DNA of 63,920 nucleotides, the filler included, from Reticulomyxa filosa (lineage: Eukaryota > Protista > Foraminifera), in NCBI GenBank assembly GCA_000512085.1. It is 20 parts of 20 records of this genome, joined end to end, with 100 filler letters (N's around TTAATTAATTAA, not from the genome) between each part and the next. Parts side by side here need not be neighbours in the genome. Positions count along the whole stretch, not along the records: positions 20,045 to 31,876 come from ASPP01002041.1; positions 31,977 to 33,154 come from ASPP01033660.1; positions 33,255 to 34,387 come from ASPP01045060.1; positions 34,488 to 36,694 come from ASPP01003305.1; positions 36,795 to 39,547 come from ASPP01003953.1; positions 39,648 to 40,713 come from ASPP01022708.1; positions 40,814 to 43,321 come from ASPP01007753.1; 13 more parts are not named here. One strand, written 5' to 3'. The position numbers and the translations under genes are program-made. How positions within the stretch are numbered: the first letter of the stretch is position 1; each line of letters opens with the position of its first letter. The notes below the pieces were generated by a model. The model made no database searches and was not told the DNA's origin. It saw nothing but the letters and a program-made list of their open reading frames with translations. Shown one piece after another: positions 27,521 through 40,842 of this stretch.

Positions 27521-28399
27521 TTAAACTCCAATTGGTTGTGTTATGTAATGTTTAGCCTTGGAGTACTGTAATGAATGATGATTGAAGACTAAGGTGTTAT
27601 AAAAGGACATAAGTGTTGACAACAAAATGAAAAAATGTAAAAAAACATAAAATGACCAAAACAATTTGTGACTATGTCCAATATATTGCAAACACATTTG
27701 TGAAATTACGGTGAAAAAATCTTGATATTGTGCAAAGTTAGACTACAATCAGTTTTGAATATGTTTGACTACCTTAAGTGAGTATGACTGAAAATTGACT
27801 TATGATGAAATTGTATTAAAAATTATAAAAATCCAAAAGTATATTTGAGTAGTCCAAGTATTCTTCTTTACAAAATGCCACTTGGTTGAATTATATAATG
27901 TTTAGTTTTGTATTAATGTAATGAAAAAGAAACGCTTTGAAAAATTTTGATCAATTTTTTTATTGACATAGGTTACGATATCATTGCGTTACTATAACTG
28001 AATTTTTATTGAGAACTATAGTTTTTTGGTTGATAAACACTAGGAGTTGCGGGGAATACAAATATATAATTAGAATTATTATGTGTTAAATAGTTTTCAA
28101 TATGAACGTATTATAAAATTGTCAAATAAAATTGTATTTTCAATTATCACTTTTTGCTAACATCATTACTATGGTCTGGCCGATGTATTTTATTACTTAT
28201 TTTTTTAAGAAAAAAAGTAAAAATTTTTTGTTTGTTTTTTGCAAATCATATTTAATAACCATTAGTGTATTTGCATCTGTTCATTGAATGCCAGAATTTT
28301 TTTATCATCGAATATTTTACAAATGAATATTTTATATTTTGATCTTAAACAATTGTTATAGTTTTAATGAAAAACTAAAATTATATTTGAAAATTGCAA

Positions 28400-28695
28400 A
28401 ATTTGCATATATTTTTTTAAATAAAAAAATTTATTTTTCTTGATGAATAAAATTGATCATATCTAAAATCAATTAAGTTATACTAATTGTAGTAATAACA
28501 ATTTGTACAAAGATCACTAAAAGCATTTTCATTTTAAATAGATTTATGGAGAAAATAAAACTCAGGATTCAGGTAAAACTAATTTTTCGAATCCTTAAAA
28601 TCAATTTCGTTTATGAAATAATTATCATGATCAAGAAAAGCAAAATTGAAGATACATAATGTTAAATTTAAAAAAAATAAAAATTAAAAATAAAT
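28400..28695 (+). repeat. Direct repeat copy 1 (~300 bp)
   Basis: Core gagaaaataaaactcaggattcaggtaaaactaatttttcgaatccttaaaatcaatt recurs almost exactly at ~31037-31095. Confidence 0.8.
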
Positions 28696-28830
28696 AATGA
28701 ATAACACATTGGAACAGTGAATGTACACAGAACATACAAAAAAATGCAACAAGAATTTCAATTGCACTTTTAACATAACAAGCAAAATAATATAATTAAA
28801 TTTGCTATTCAAAATACTTTGTCATTATCG

Positions 28831-30417
28831 TCATATCTCAAGTATCATTGGTTTCATTACTATATTTAATATTTCAGAATTTGTTGTATCGTAAATATAT
28901 TTTCTTTTTATATGCGCTAGTGCAAAACAAGAGTTAATCGCAATCATAACAGATTCGTATATGACAATATTGTTACTTAATTCTTCGATTTTGCAATACA
29001 ATAACGCTTTTTCATTACTGCACTCAATTGAATTACAATGACTTGCATTATTTTGTTTCATAATTTCTTATATGCCATTACCTAGTGCAAATGCTTAACG
29101 ATTTGATAATGAAAGTTGATTATTGCCTAATACACTATTGACAATATTTTGTAATAAATTAATACTATTACTTAAAGCTTGTATCATCTGACGTCCAGAA
29201 TGTTCTTGTAATACATAATTTATTTCATTATATTTACACGTATGTATGCATTCAAAATATTATTATCGATTGCTCGTACGCTTGCACCCAAAGCATTGTA
29301 GAACTTGAAGGTCCAGTATTTACACGAGCGTTTGCATTTGAAACATGATCATAGTTTGTATATTCGTCTGAATTTAAAACATATATTGACCTTGCATGTT
29401 CATTTATGTTCACAAAAACATTATTATGATTTGCATCACTTATGCCAAAAAAACATCGCTACTTGCATGATCAATATTAGTATTTACATCACTTATGCCA
29501 AAAAAACTATCGTTATGACTTGAATGTTCATTTATGTCGTCATGACTTGCATTATGCAATTCATTATTTTCATTGATATTATATTGTTTTAGATAATATG
29601 TATGAATTTGTTCACCATTCAGATATTTTTGTATTTTTTTTGATTTTTTTTATTTTAAATTAATTTGCGCATTGTATTGTATCATATAAATTAACATATT
29701 GTTTTTACTGCTTCGGAATTGTCTGGATAGACAAAATGAAGTACGAAACGCTATACAGCCACTTGCTGCGCATATACAATAAATATGCATTTCAGAACGA
29801 AATAATTCAACTGCGCTAGGCATGTGTTCATAGATTCAGGTATTAATTAATAACAAAGGTTAATTATATTTATTATATCTCCATATTTGTCAACTTTTGT
29901 TTCAATAATTCGATTTTCTCAAGATATTCTTTTTTTTCTTTATTGCAATCAATAGAACTACAATTACACCTTGAAATATTTTATTTCGGTATTTGATTTT
30001 GTTGCAAAATATTTCTTATTAAAGCATTACTACTTATTGTTGCATGTAAATTTGAATATGATTATTATTTGACGTTTCGATCCAATCACTTGATTTAACG
30101 TCAGATTGATTGACTTTTTATTCAACTTTCTCCAATAATAATTTTTTTAATTTTTTAATTTCATCAAACAAATCTTTATTTTTTTAGTAGAATTTTCATG
30201 TTAGTTGTAAATTTACCTTTTTGGCATGTTTTCAGGTTTTTCACATTTAGTTAAGGATCACGAATTCATTCACAAAACACAATTGTAATTGTTGATCCTT
30301 TTATATCACATTTTTATGAAATGCTAATGCGGCCTCACAATATATACTTCTACGATACAATGATTGTACTTTTGTTGCTTTTTGGCAGCAACTTCAACAA
30401 CTTGCACACTTCTTCAT
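28831..30417 (-). pseudogene. Decayed gene between the direct repeats, possibly starting with a MYND-type zinc finger
   Basis: Starts MKKCASC*, with NHC, YC and FHK remnants across frames. Later long frame NEINYVLQEHSGRQMIQAL...MKQNNASHC... has in-frame stops. Confidence 0.4.
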
Positions 30418-30814
30418 TTTTGATTATTAGTGAATACAAAAACTTATAAATTAAATATAATATCATAAATCGCAATAGTTTTATATGGATCATGAATTTT
30501 ATTTTCTTAAAATAAATTTATTATAAACAACATTAGAACAAGCACTTATAGTGTATTATAATTAACTATTTAATGAAATTGTTGAATTCATTTTAAAATA
30601 AAATTTGTTATTATTAAATACAAAATAGAATATCTTTTTTTTGGTTTGACCGAACAATACATTATGATACAAATGAAAGTTGACACATAAAACTACAACT
30701 AAAAATTTGAATATTTTATTGATTTTTGAAAATTTTCTAGAAAAAGTTGACAATCATGTATATGTCATAACAATGAAATTTACTAACTTTTTTCAAAGCA
30801 TTTCAGAAAATGCA

Positions 30815-31180
30815 ATGCATATATTTTTTTTAAATAAAAAAAAATATGTCTAATGAAATTTGTCATATATATAGTGATATTTTATTTGTTAAATTTCTTT
30901 TTCGAATTGCAAAATCTTATTTAAAATTATAATTTAGTTTATTTTCATTTTTTTCAATATAAAATAATTAAGATTATTAATTTCATAACAATTTGTAAAC
31001 ATCATTAAAAGCACTTTTGTTTTAATAGATTTGTTTGAGAAAATAAAACTCAGGATCCAGGTAAAACTAATTTGTCGAATCCTTAAAATCAATTATATTA
31101 TTTGTAAAATATCAATTATCTAGATAAAAACAAAATTGATGATACATAAGTTAATTAAAAAATAAAAATTAAAAACAAAA
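30815..31180 (+). repeat. Direct repeat copy 2
   Basis: Matches 28400-28695 from gcatatatttttttaaataaaaaaa through aaaattga(a/t)gatacataa, with an indel in the 5' half. Confidence 0.8.
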
Positions 31181-31767
31181 AAATAATATAAAAGAAATTA
31201 ATTGTAATATAATTTTTTTATGTGTATGTTTAAATCATAATTTTGTTAAAATTTTTTAAAAATAATATTGTTTTTATTCAATGCCACATATTGCGAGAAG
31301 ACACGAACTAACTGATGATGACATTATCAAAATCAATACAGTCATTAATTAATGATTGTACGAATGTAAATAACATTGAATTTAAAGTACAATGTGATGT
31401 GAAATTTTATGTAACGAAAGAAATTACAATGTCAAAATGAAATAATTTTTTGAAAATACACAAAGCATAAATTTCATAAATTTTTTATTAATTTCTTTTT
31501 TATTATTTCTTACAAAAAAATTTTCTTTATAATTAATTTTTTTATATTTGTATAACTTTTTGTGTAATTTTTATTACTTTCAGAATATTTTTATATTTAC
31601 TGTCATCATCGCTTTTCACTAAAAATTATTGTATTTAATTTAATAATAACATTATTTCACTTTGCTTGTTTTGTAATCACAAAACATTTCGTGCAAATTT
31701 CAATAATGAGATACTTGTATAACTACTATTTTTTCAAATAATACAGTAAGATAAAAAAGAAAGTTGA

Positions 31768-31876
31768 CACCTAAAATGCCACCTTATAGAGATGATTGTG
31801 TTTCTCCATGAAAAAACAACATTTAATCAAAATTTTTTTTTTTAAAAAATATCTACGAATCGTGTAGTTTTTAAAT
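31768..31876 (+). repeat. Short interspersed repeat shared with 36470-36575 on another contig
   Basis: cctaaaa...atgaaaaa(a/t)caacattta...ttttttttaaa..tatctac...gtagtttttaaat is present in both places. Confidence 0.55.
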
Positions 31877-32100
31877 NNNNNNNNNNNNNNNNNNNNNNNN
31901 NNNNNNNNNNNNNNNNNNNNTTAATTAATTAANNNNNNNNNNNNNNNNNNNNNNNNNNNNNNNNNNNNNNNNNNNNCTGTTGAATTTTATTTCTTTCGTT
32001 AATGTGCTTTGATAACTCATTCATTGGTCTTTAGAGAAAAATTCAATCATTTTTTCATCTTGCATCATGTAAGACTAGTTCAAAAAAGAAAAAGTTAAGA

Positions 32101-33154
32101 ATGGCCACTCATGGCGATGAAAAACAAACTTCAGCGCGATCAACACTGGTAAACTTCATTTCAATCTTTCAGAAAGTATATTATCATTTTGTTATACGTT
32201 GCTTTATGATTGAACAGCCAAAAGAAAGAGAGATCCAATTACTTGTTCAGTATTGGCTTCGAACATTAAAAATTAAATTAGGATGGATTAATGATTTTGA
32301 CAATCTTGTTGTACACTATGTTATGTCTTTTTGTTAGTTTGTTTTTCCTTTAATAACGAATATTTATTGTTGATATTTGTTCATAATTACGATTTAACAC
32401 AGGCAGGTACCGTCCTCATGCTTGACACGTTCCTTTTATCATCCAAATTACTCAGTACACTCATTGGACATACTAGTAAGGTGTATAGTATTGATTATTC
32501 TATATTTGATGACAATCAGTTTATGTATTCTGGATCAAATGATAAAACAATTCGTGTATGGGATGTTGACAACAACAAACAAATGCAATCATTTAATGGA
32601 CATTCAAAAGCTGTAGGTTGCGTAAAATTTTCACAATATCATTACCGTATTCATCGTCGTCATGTCATTTGCTCTTCATCAGATGACAAGACCATTCGTT
32701 TTTGGGATATCAAAAATAATCAACAATTCCAAATATTCGATAAGCATAGAGACTGGGTTAATAGCATTGTGTTTTCACCATTTAATGGTGGTCGATATTT
32801 GTGTTCTATATCTTCTAAAATAATTCGTTTATGGGATGTTGAAATGTCCAACTCATTACATGTTTTTAGTGAAGAAGACATTTGGGGTTGGTGCATTGAT
32901 ATTTCACCATTGCAAAACAATAACATTAACAATGACAATAATAAAAGTAATAATATTGGTGTGATTGGTGGTAGTGGATATACAATTTGTTCTGGATTAA
33001 GTAATAATACTATTCAAATATGGGATATTGAAACTACCAAAAAATTGAATGTACTTAAAGGACATGAAAACATTGTGAGGAGTGTAAAATATGGACCAAA
33101 TGAATTAGTGAATACAATATTATCTGGATCATGGGATAAAAGTGTTCGTTTGTG
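32101..33154 (+). CDS. WD40-repeat protein, 3' truncated by contig end
   Basis: MATHGDEKQTSARSTL | PKEREIQLLVQYWLRTLKIKLGWINDFDNLVVHY | AGTVLMLDTF...GHTSKVYSIDYS...SGSNDKTIRVWD. GT-AG introns at ~32149-32217 and ~32320-32402. Confidence 0.9.
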
Positions 33155-33339
33155 NNNNNNNNNNNNNNNNNNNNNNNNNNNNNNNNNNNNNNNNNNNNTT
33201 AATTAATTAANNNNNNNNNNNNNNNNNNNNNNNNNNNNNNNNNNNNNNNNNNNNCCATATTCTATTTTTATTTTTTTAAAATTTTTTTTGGATAAAATGT
33301 TGTTTATTCTTATAACGTGTCTATGAGCGTAGTTACCTT

Positions 33340-33632
33340 TTGTTTTCGTCGATATGTACAAGTCACAAGAATTCCCAAGGTCATATGGAATTACTTTATG
33401 AAAACAAGAGGGACACAAAAAGACAGATTACTGATTGAGGAGAAAAGGTTCTATGCTGTAATGAAGAACTTTGAACACGAGGAGATGTGTAATGTGGAGA
33501 GCCCAAGTTGTTGGTCGAACTACTTGTTTGAAGCTTACTCGGACCAGGCGACTTATTCACGGTCGTGTCGGTGGGTGGAGGTGGGATAAAACAAAGATTA
33601 GTCCGCATATAAGTGTTACCAACGCTGGACAT
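33340..33632 (-). CDS. 5' fragment of a Ser/Pro-rich hypothetical protein
   Basis: MSSVGNTYMRTNLCFIPPPPTDTT...FSPQS followed by GTAATC. A second short exon-like block ends at AG|GTAACT. Confidence 0.3.
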
Positions 33633-34487
33633 ACAATCAAATTCCAAATTTAAAGATTCTTTTTTAAAAAAAATACATCATACTCGCTTCAAAAGTACGT
33701 TTTACACGATTAAATTACAGTCACATTTAACTACTAAAATACTAAAAAAATTGTTCTTATAAAAACTATTTTAAAATAAACAATAGAAAACATAATCGAT
33801 CATTCTACTTTGCCGAAATTCGCAAACTAATTTTTGTCATCCACAGTGAAAAATATTACAATTTTGTCCGAAGTAGTGTTGTTAATGTGCAACAGATTTG
33901 TTTGTAGAAAAATGCGGTCAACAATCCTTTATTTATTCATTTTCTTCAGCTCCTCCGAGTCTGTGCGCTCTTGGCAATATAATTTAAATATCTTTGTTTA
34001 AAGCGTACGTGTTTATGAAGACAACAAACATATTCTTGTAAAATACTAAATCAATTATTGTAGGAATTCTGAATTAATGGTCAATGTTTAAAATCAATTT
34101 TGGACGGACCTAGCGTTTGACAAACAGTCAGCTTAATTATGTTAGAATTATTTTATGTTTTCTTTTAAATTCAATAGAAATAGTGAGCGTCATCTATTCA
34201 AACAGCTTTATTCATTTTATACAAAAATTTTAAGATAATTATGATCAGCGAGGTGTCTGTAAGAGTTATTATAAATAAATTCGTTAGCTTGTCACGCGAT
34301 ATACTGATTTCTATTTTGATCTAGTTGAAAAATTGTTTTGACGGAAAATGAATTACTCAAACAATTGAAAATATCTTGTCATAAAACNNNNNNNNNNNNN
34401 NNNNNNNNNNNNNNNNNNNNNNNNNNNNNNNTTAATTAATTAANNNNNNNNNNNNNNNNNNNNNNNNNNNNNNNNNNNNNNNNNNNN

Positions 34488-35585
34488 TGTTCATGATGAT
34501 CAATTGCTTTATCATATTGTCCCATTTTAAAATAAGAGGATCCCAAATTATTGTAAGTGATAGCAACATCAATATGATTAATTCCAAAAATATTTAATCT
34601 AATTTGTAAAGCTTTTTCAAAGTATTCAATTGCTTTGTTATATTCAGTTTTTTTTTTGTATGCAACACCTAATCCATAATAAGTTGAGGCAATATCCATC
34701 TGATTAATGTTATCAAATTGTAATAAAATTTTTAATTGCTTTTCAAAATAATCAACTGCTTTGTCATATTGTCGTATCATAAAATTAGCAAAACCTAAAT
34801 TATGAAATGAAATTGCAATATCAATATGAGAAGTTCCAAAAATAGTTAATCTCACTTTTAATGCAATTTCACAATATTCTATTGATTTATCATATTGTCC
34901 TATCTTTAAATATATAACACCTAAAGAATCATTTAAAGCAGCAACATAAGGATGTTCAATATCAAATGTATCATTAGCAATTTGTATAGCCTTTTGTAAA
35001 TAAACAATAGCTTTCGTAAATTTCTTTTGTGATAAATAATAATTTGCTTTATTGTTGAGATCAAACAATTTAATTGGAATATCATGATGAATTTTTGTAT
35101 TCCATTCAATTGGAAAAATACATTTTTGTGATTTGTAATTAATAATTGTACCTTTTGAAATAAAGAATTGCATTGAAATTTTTACATTTTCTCGACATTC
35201 AATTTTACAATTAATTGCATATACATTTCCATCAATATTTACATTATCATCTAATATCACCTGTTTACTTTTAATTACACCTAACCAATATTGTCTAGAT
35301 AATTTGGTTATAATATTTTGATCTTTTATCAATTTAAGAAATGAATAACGATTTTTATTCATTTTGTTATGAGATTCATTTATTTTTCTTGCAACAATAA
35401 CTAATCCTTGTTCATTACTTTTTATCATCGTTTCGACAATTTTAGCTGCTTGTACAATAGAGCTCTTCCAATTAGAATTCCAATTTCTTTTCAAATCCAA
35501 ACATTCACCATTCTGTGTCATTGATAACATTTTCTCTTTATTTTCCTTGATATTATTATTCGATATACAATTTTGATCTTCTTTA
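34488..35585 (-). CDS. TPR-repeat protein (kinesin-light-chain-like ~42-aa repeats) with a lineage-specific N-terminal domain; truncated
   Basis: Repeats such as HPYVAALNDSLGVIYLKIGQYDKSIEYCEIALKVRLTIFG and HIDVAITYNNLGSSYFKMGQYDKAI. The frame stays open upstream of the Met at 35530. Confidence 0.9.
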
Positions 35586-36469
35586 ATTTTTTCTATTTAT
35601 AGGTATGTATGTTAATGTGAGTTGAAAGTCTGTGCTTTAATAATTTTATTGTATGTCTTTACATTAGGAAAATTATTTTTAGTGACTATACTTTTTGTAT
35701 AAAAATTTTTTTTTATAAAAAAACCTTTACACTGTATTGTAACAAATAATTATATACATATTTCTTATTTAGATTAATATAATTTTAATGTTTGCAATTT
35801 ATTAATAGATGTTGATCAGTTGCAAATATTATGTTGCAATATTTTCAATACACAAGGTGTTGATAAGTTATAATATATTTACATATATAACTAAATTACA
35901 TTTTGTTGCATGTTAAAATAATTTGTTGAAGTAAAAATTAGATTATTATGCGAATGCGATAAACTGCAATTGAAGTTTATACAAAACAAATGAAATATTC
36001 AATAGAAAATATTATAACTAAAAAAAATATAATCTTGTAGAATATTCAAAAAACTAAAACTCAAATAGTTTTCTTGAAAAAGTTTCAATAAAATGTTAAA
36101 ACATTTCAATGAATTAGTAAAATAAATCAAAACAATATAAAAAATTACGTAATTTACATATTTTGTTTTTTTGATTAAATGTATTATTCATAAAAATCAA
36201 TATATAACTTATGTTAAATTTTTTTTTGTTTTTGATTTAACATTTAGGAACTTAATAATATTATTATTCAAAGAATAAGCGAAATTATAATAACTATAAT
36301 AACAAATTACAATATAATGATGAATTTTGAAATGTGAAAATATTACCACAAACAACGAGATTGCCATCGTTGAGAAAAGAGATTTAAGATATCGGCAGCA
36401 AATATAGCCATATAAGTCTTTAAAATATTTTTAGACAAAATGATACAGTAGGTTGCAAAGAAAATTGAA

Positions 36470-36575
36470 CGCCTAAAACATATCTTATGATGATAATTGA
36501 TTTTATCAATGAAAAATCAACATTTAGACCTAATTTTTTTTTTTAAATATCTACAAGTATTGTAGTTTTTAAATA
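36470..36575 (+). repeat. Second copy of the short interspersed repeat (see 31768-31876)
   Basis: Nucleotide similarity; contains the ctacaa-gta-ttgtag hairpin. Confidence 0.55.
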
Positions 36576-36794
36576 TGATATTGATTTTTTAATAACTTTT
36601 TTTTTTTGGATGAAATCAACATTTTTTCAAATGATTTTTGAAAATTCTGCTATCATTTGCACTTTTATTAAAATTAAGAAATTTTCAAAAATCANNNNNN
36701 NNNNNNNNNNNNNNNNNNNNNNNNNNNNNNNNNNNNNNTTAATTAATTAANNNNNNNNNNNNNNNNNNNNNNNNNNNNNNNNNNNNNNNNNNNN

Positions 36795-37030
36795 TACGCA
36801 TCAGAGCACGCCCTGGCCGATATCTTTTTTTTTTTACTTTTTTTTTTTTGGTACACACTCATAACATATTTTTCTTTTTTTTTTCCATACCTAAGACAAA
36901 CCAAGAAAACGCCTGCCCATTCAACCCATAACAAACCATTATACAGAAAAACACCTGCAGGGATATCCACAGTTTGTAATCCGTAACGAGCAAACAAACG
37001 AGAGAGAAAGTTTGGTTGTGAGGACTCCAT
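36795..37030 (-). CDS. Small membrane protein of unknown function, 5' part
   Basis: MESSQPNFLSRLFARYGLQTVDIPAGVFLYNGLLWVEWAGVFLVCLR, GTATGG intron, then YRPGRALMR at the contig end. Confidence 0.55.
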
Positions 37031-37486
37031 GCCTGGAGTAATTTGATCAAGTTTTTTATCTTTTTTTTTTTGAAAACAAAAAAAAAGAAGCTTGGAACAT
37101 TCTGGGCTCCTCATTTTAAGGAAATACAAAATACTTAATCGGCATAAACACATTACAATACACTCAGTTTAATTATTTTTAATTTTTGATTCTAGACATT
37201 TCTCAAAATTATTTAAAGTAAGGAAGTTATGCGTTCTTTTTATTTTTTAATGACTTGTTGTCGAGTGTGAAAAGATTGTTAAATTAGATTTTTTCAAGTG
37301 AGTGGAAATAAATACTTTCTGTTGACAGTTTTTGTTTAATATTTGCTTTGGATAGCTAAAAAATTTATTTTAACTAATTCAAGTACAAAACATATCAATC
37401 TTGTCTGAAGGAGAGAAAAAATAAAAAATAACCCCAGAGCACACAGTTGTGGCAGCCAAACCTGAGGAATAAATAAACAGTTAATC

Positions 37487-38853
37487 ATGTGTGGCCGTTT
37501 TGCTTGTTCCTTGAATTCACAGGCGTTACAATTGCTTACAAACACGTCGCAATTTGTGGACTGTTCTAAGTATGTTCCTTCTTATAACATGTGCCCGGGG
37601 AATTATGTGCCAGTGCTACTGCAGCAACGTGCTCTCAGTAACTCGAAAGACAAAACGGTAGAAATGGAAGAAGAAAAGCAAGAAAGAAGAAGTATTCGAA
37701 TGTTGCAGGCAATGAAGTGGGGTTTAGTGCCTTCCTTCAGCAATGACAACAAACCTTTTCACCAAGCGATTAATGCGCGAGTGGAGACAATAGAAACAAA
37801 GGGATTGTACCGAAGCTTGGTCAATCGAAGGCGATGTGTTGTGATCATGGAAGGATATTATGAATGGAAAAATTTGTCAAAAGGAAACAAGCAACCCTTT
37901 TTATTCTATGTCGGAAAACCGTTACATCAAAGAGGATCGACCAACGATACCACTAGTAAATAACACAAGAATCGCAAGTTACTTTACTCTCTTTTTTTTT
38001 TTCTTTCTTTCTTATTTTTATTTTATTCTTTTCCTTGTATACACACATAAAAAAAAATAGCAGCTGATGTGTTTCCTTGATTGTAACTGTTGTATACGTA
38101 GGAACACGAGAAAACAGGTGACGAGAAAGAATTAAAAAACAATGTACTGTTTGTGGCAGGGTTATTTGACGTGTGGAATCCACTTCACAAAACCAATTTG
38201 AAAAAAGAAGAAGGAGAAGGAGAAAAAGAAGAAGAAAAAGAAAAAGATAAGGAAGAAGCAATGGAATTTGATAGGAATGAGCTGTCACCGTTGTATTCGG
38301 TTAGCATTGTCACGTGTGGTGCTAGTGACAGCATACAGCGTTATCATGACCGAATGCCGTTGATATTGATGACAGATCAACAAGTTGATACATGGCTAAA
38401 CGTTGACACGTACACGTTAAAAAAAGTGTATGGAACTCCCCCTCTTCGACGCAGATCAGTTGAAACACATTGTTTTGAATTGCTGTCAAATTAGCAGGGA
38501 ATGTGTGGGAAATACTTCCAATCGTACTATGGAATGCGTACTTCCAATTGAAGAATACCAAGTTTATTGTGTTTTACATGTAACCTTGATCATATTTACA
38601 AAATATACTCACGTTGTTTGTTGATTTTTCATAGAAACAGAAAGGAATCCAAGGCATTGAACGTTTTTTCGTGAGAAATAATGCGATAGCTAATCCCAAA
38701 AAATCAGATGCTTTGGCGAAAGAGGAGCAAAGACACAACTGTGATACTACTACTACTTTAAAAAGAGGTATTCGAAAAAATTCGGTTCGCAAAATAAATT
38801 CTCAGACAAACAAAATCAAAAAGATAAGTAGCTGTTGGAAGACAAAAGATTAA
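37487..38853 (+). CDS. HMCES: SRAP-domain abasic-site processing protein (HMCES/YedK family), about four exons
   Basis: MCGRF start with catalytic Cys2, PSYNMCPG, MKWGLVP, INARVET, RRCVVIMEGYYEW, AGLFDVW, HDRMP, VGNTSN. Confidence 0.95.
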
Positions 38854-40842
38854 ATTTTTCATTTTAGTTGTTTTTGTTTTGTATTTCTTTCATTGTTCGA
38901 TGGACCGTTTTTTTATTTACTGTTGTTTTTGATTACTTTTCTGGTTTAGTTTATGCCAATGCTCGTTTTTTAGAGTGGAACTTGCAAACTCTCTCAAAAA
39001 AAATTGTGCAATTCGAAACTCGAAGACATGTTAGAAATATTAACATCAAACACTGGAACCACAACAAAATACATTTAATAATTGATTTATGACGATAAAA
39101 GAAATCTGAAAGGATGATGCAACCAGTTATGGGTTCGTGGTAAGTTATCTCACTACAGTGTCATAAACTTTGTTACAATTTGACCATTCAGTTTATATCA
39201 ATGAAATCGATTGGATTATGAAGTTCAATCAGTATTAATATAACTCAAACACTATCAAAATTTCATAACATGTATTCACTAACTTCTGTTATTTTCTTGT
39301 TTTTTTTGTAAAATTAACTTTTCGTTTGCATTAAATATTTACTCATTATTTTCTTTTAAAGTTAACTTTCGATATCTTATTATAAAATGTTAAAGTGCAT
39401 TACTTTGTACATCATTTTATAGTGTAACTCAATACAAACATTTCCATTATTGTGATTATACTCTGAATATTAGTTCAATACTTTGCTGAAATATACAGTA
39501 GAATGCAAAAAAAACTGCCATACCTAAATGTCACTATATGAATAGAANNNNNNNNNNNNNNNNNNNNNNNNNNNNNNNNNNNNNNNNNNNNTTAATTAAT
39601 TAANNNNNNNNNNNNNNNNNNNNNNNNNNNNNNNNNNNNNNNNNNNNATTGAAAAAGTTTGTCGCCTTCTGGCTAGCTATTTGTTCTTCATGTCAGTTAT
39701 CGCCATCTTGGTAAATGTGACAAGTGTTCTGGTTTGTAAATATTCTATCCCTTTTTGCTTTGTTGATTTGAAGAGTTTTTATTACTGATATTTTTTTGTT
39801 ATTGTTTCAAGTTGGAATTACATTGCAGATGGATAACTATTATTAAAAAAAACTTTATTTCTGTCTAAGGATTCAATCAATCCAAGTGGCATTTGAAAAA
39901 TTTTAAAAAGGAGATATAACACTTTGTATTATTTTATAGATTGATGGAAGAAATGAAGACTTCTACGTGCCAAAAACACAATGAGACAAAAGTTAATCCG
40001 CTGTTTATCTCTACAAGAAGGTCAAAGTGTTAATGTTTGTAATGATACAAAATGGCATTGATTAAAAAAGGTGTTTGCATAAAATAACAAAAAATAAAAA
40101 GAATTTTTGGTTTTTTTGTTGTTCAATTCGAATTTTTCACCTGTTATAGCTTTAAGGATTTTCGAAAGTGCCTTTTCACAATAGCAGGTTAAAGAGTTTT
40201 TTTCAAGTGTTACAAGTCTTTTTTAAAATAATTCACAGTGCATCTTATACTGTTGAATTGAAAAAAATTATTATTCTGTCATGATTAATACAAATAAATA
40301 TAGCATAGGGCAATCCTAAAAGTATTTTTTTAAAAATAATTTGTTGGTTGTTGATAAGAAAAAATTTGGTTCTAATTTTTTGTATTTTGGGAAATTAAAA
40401 ACTTGTTTCTTTTTTTGTGTATTTAATTATAAAATTCAAATTTTCCAAACATCAAAAAATTCAACAAGAGTAAATAAAAAAGACATGGAAAATCTTAGTA
40501 ATTCCTTCTTTGTTACTGTCTTAATGCTTAAGTAAACGAAAGTAATTATAGTTTTAATTTCTAAAAAAATAAACACCAAACAACAAAGAATGTATAAAAA
40601 TTTCTAAAAAACTCAATTATATGTCAGTTTTGGAAATGACTGAAAAAACCCCACTTTTTTTACTATTGCTGTTCCTATTGGTGTAGAAAGTCGTAGAAAG
40701 ACCGGAATTGGTTNNNNNNNNNNNNNNNNNNNNNNNNNNNNNNNNNNNNNNNNNNNNTTAATTAATTAANNNNNNNNNNNNNNNNNNNNNNNNNNNNNNN
40801 NNNNNNNNNNNNNACACACACACACACACACACGACATACAA

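Noticed and set aside
39648-40713. Possible short terminal exons in this contig
   Set aside because: No recognisable product or consistent frame.
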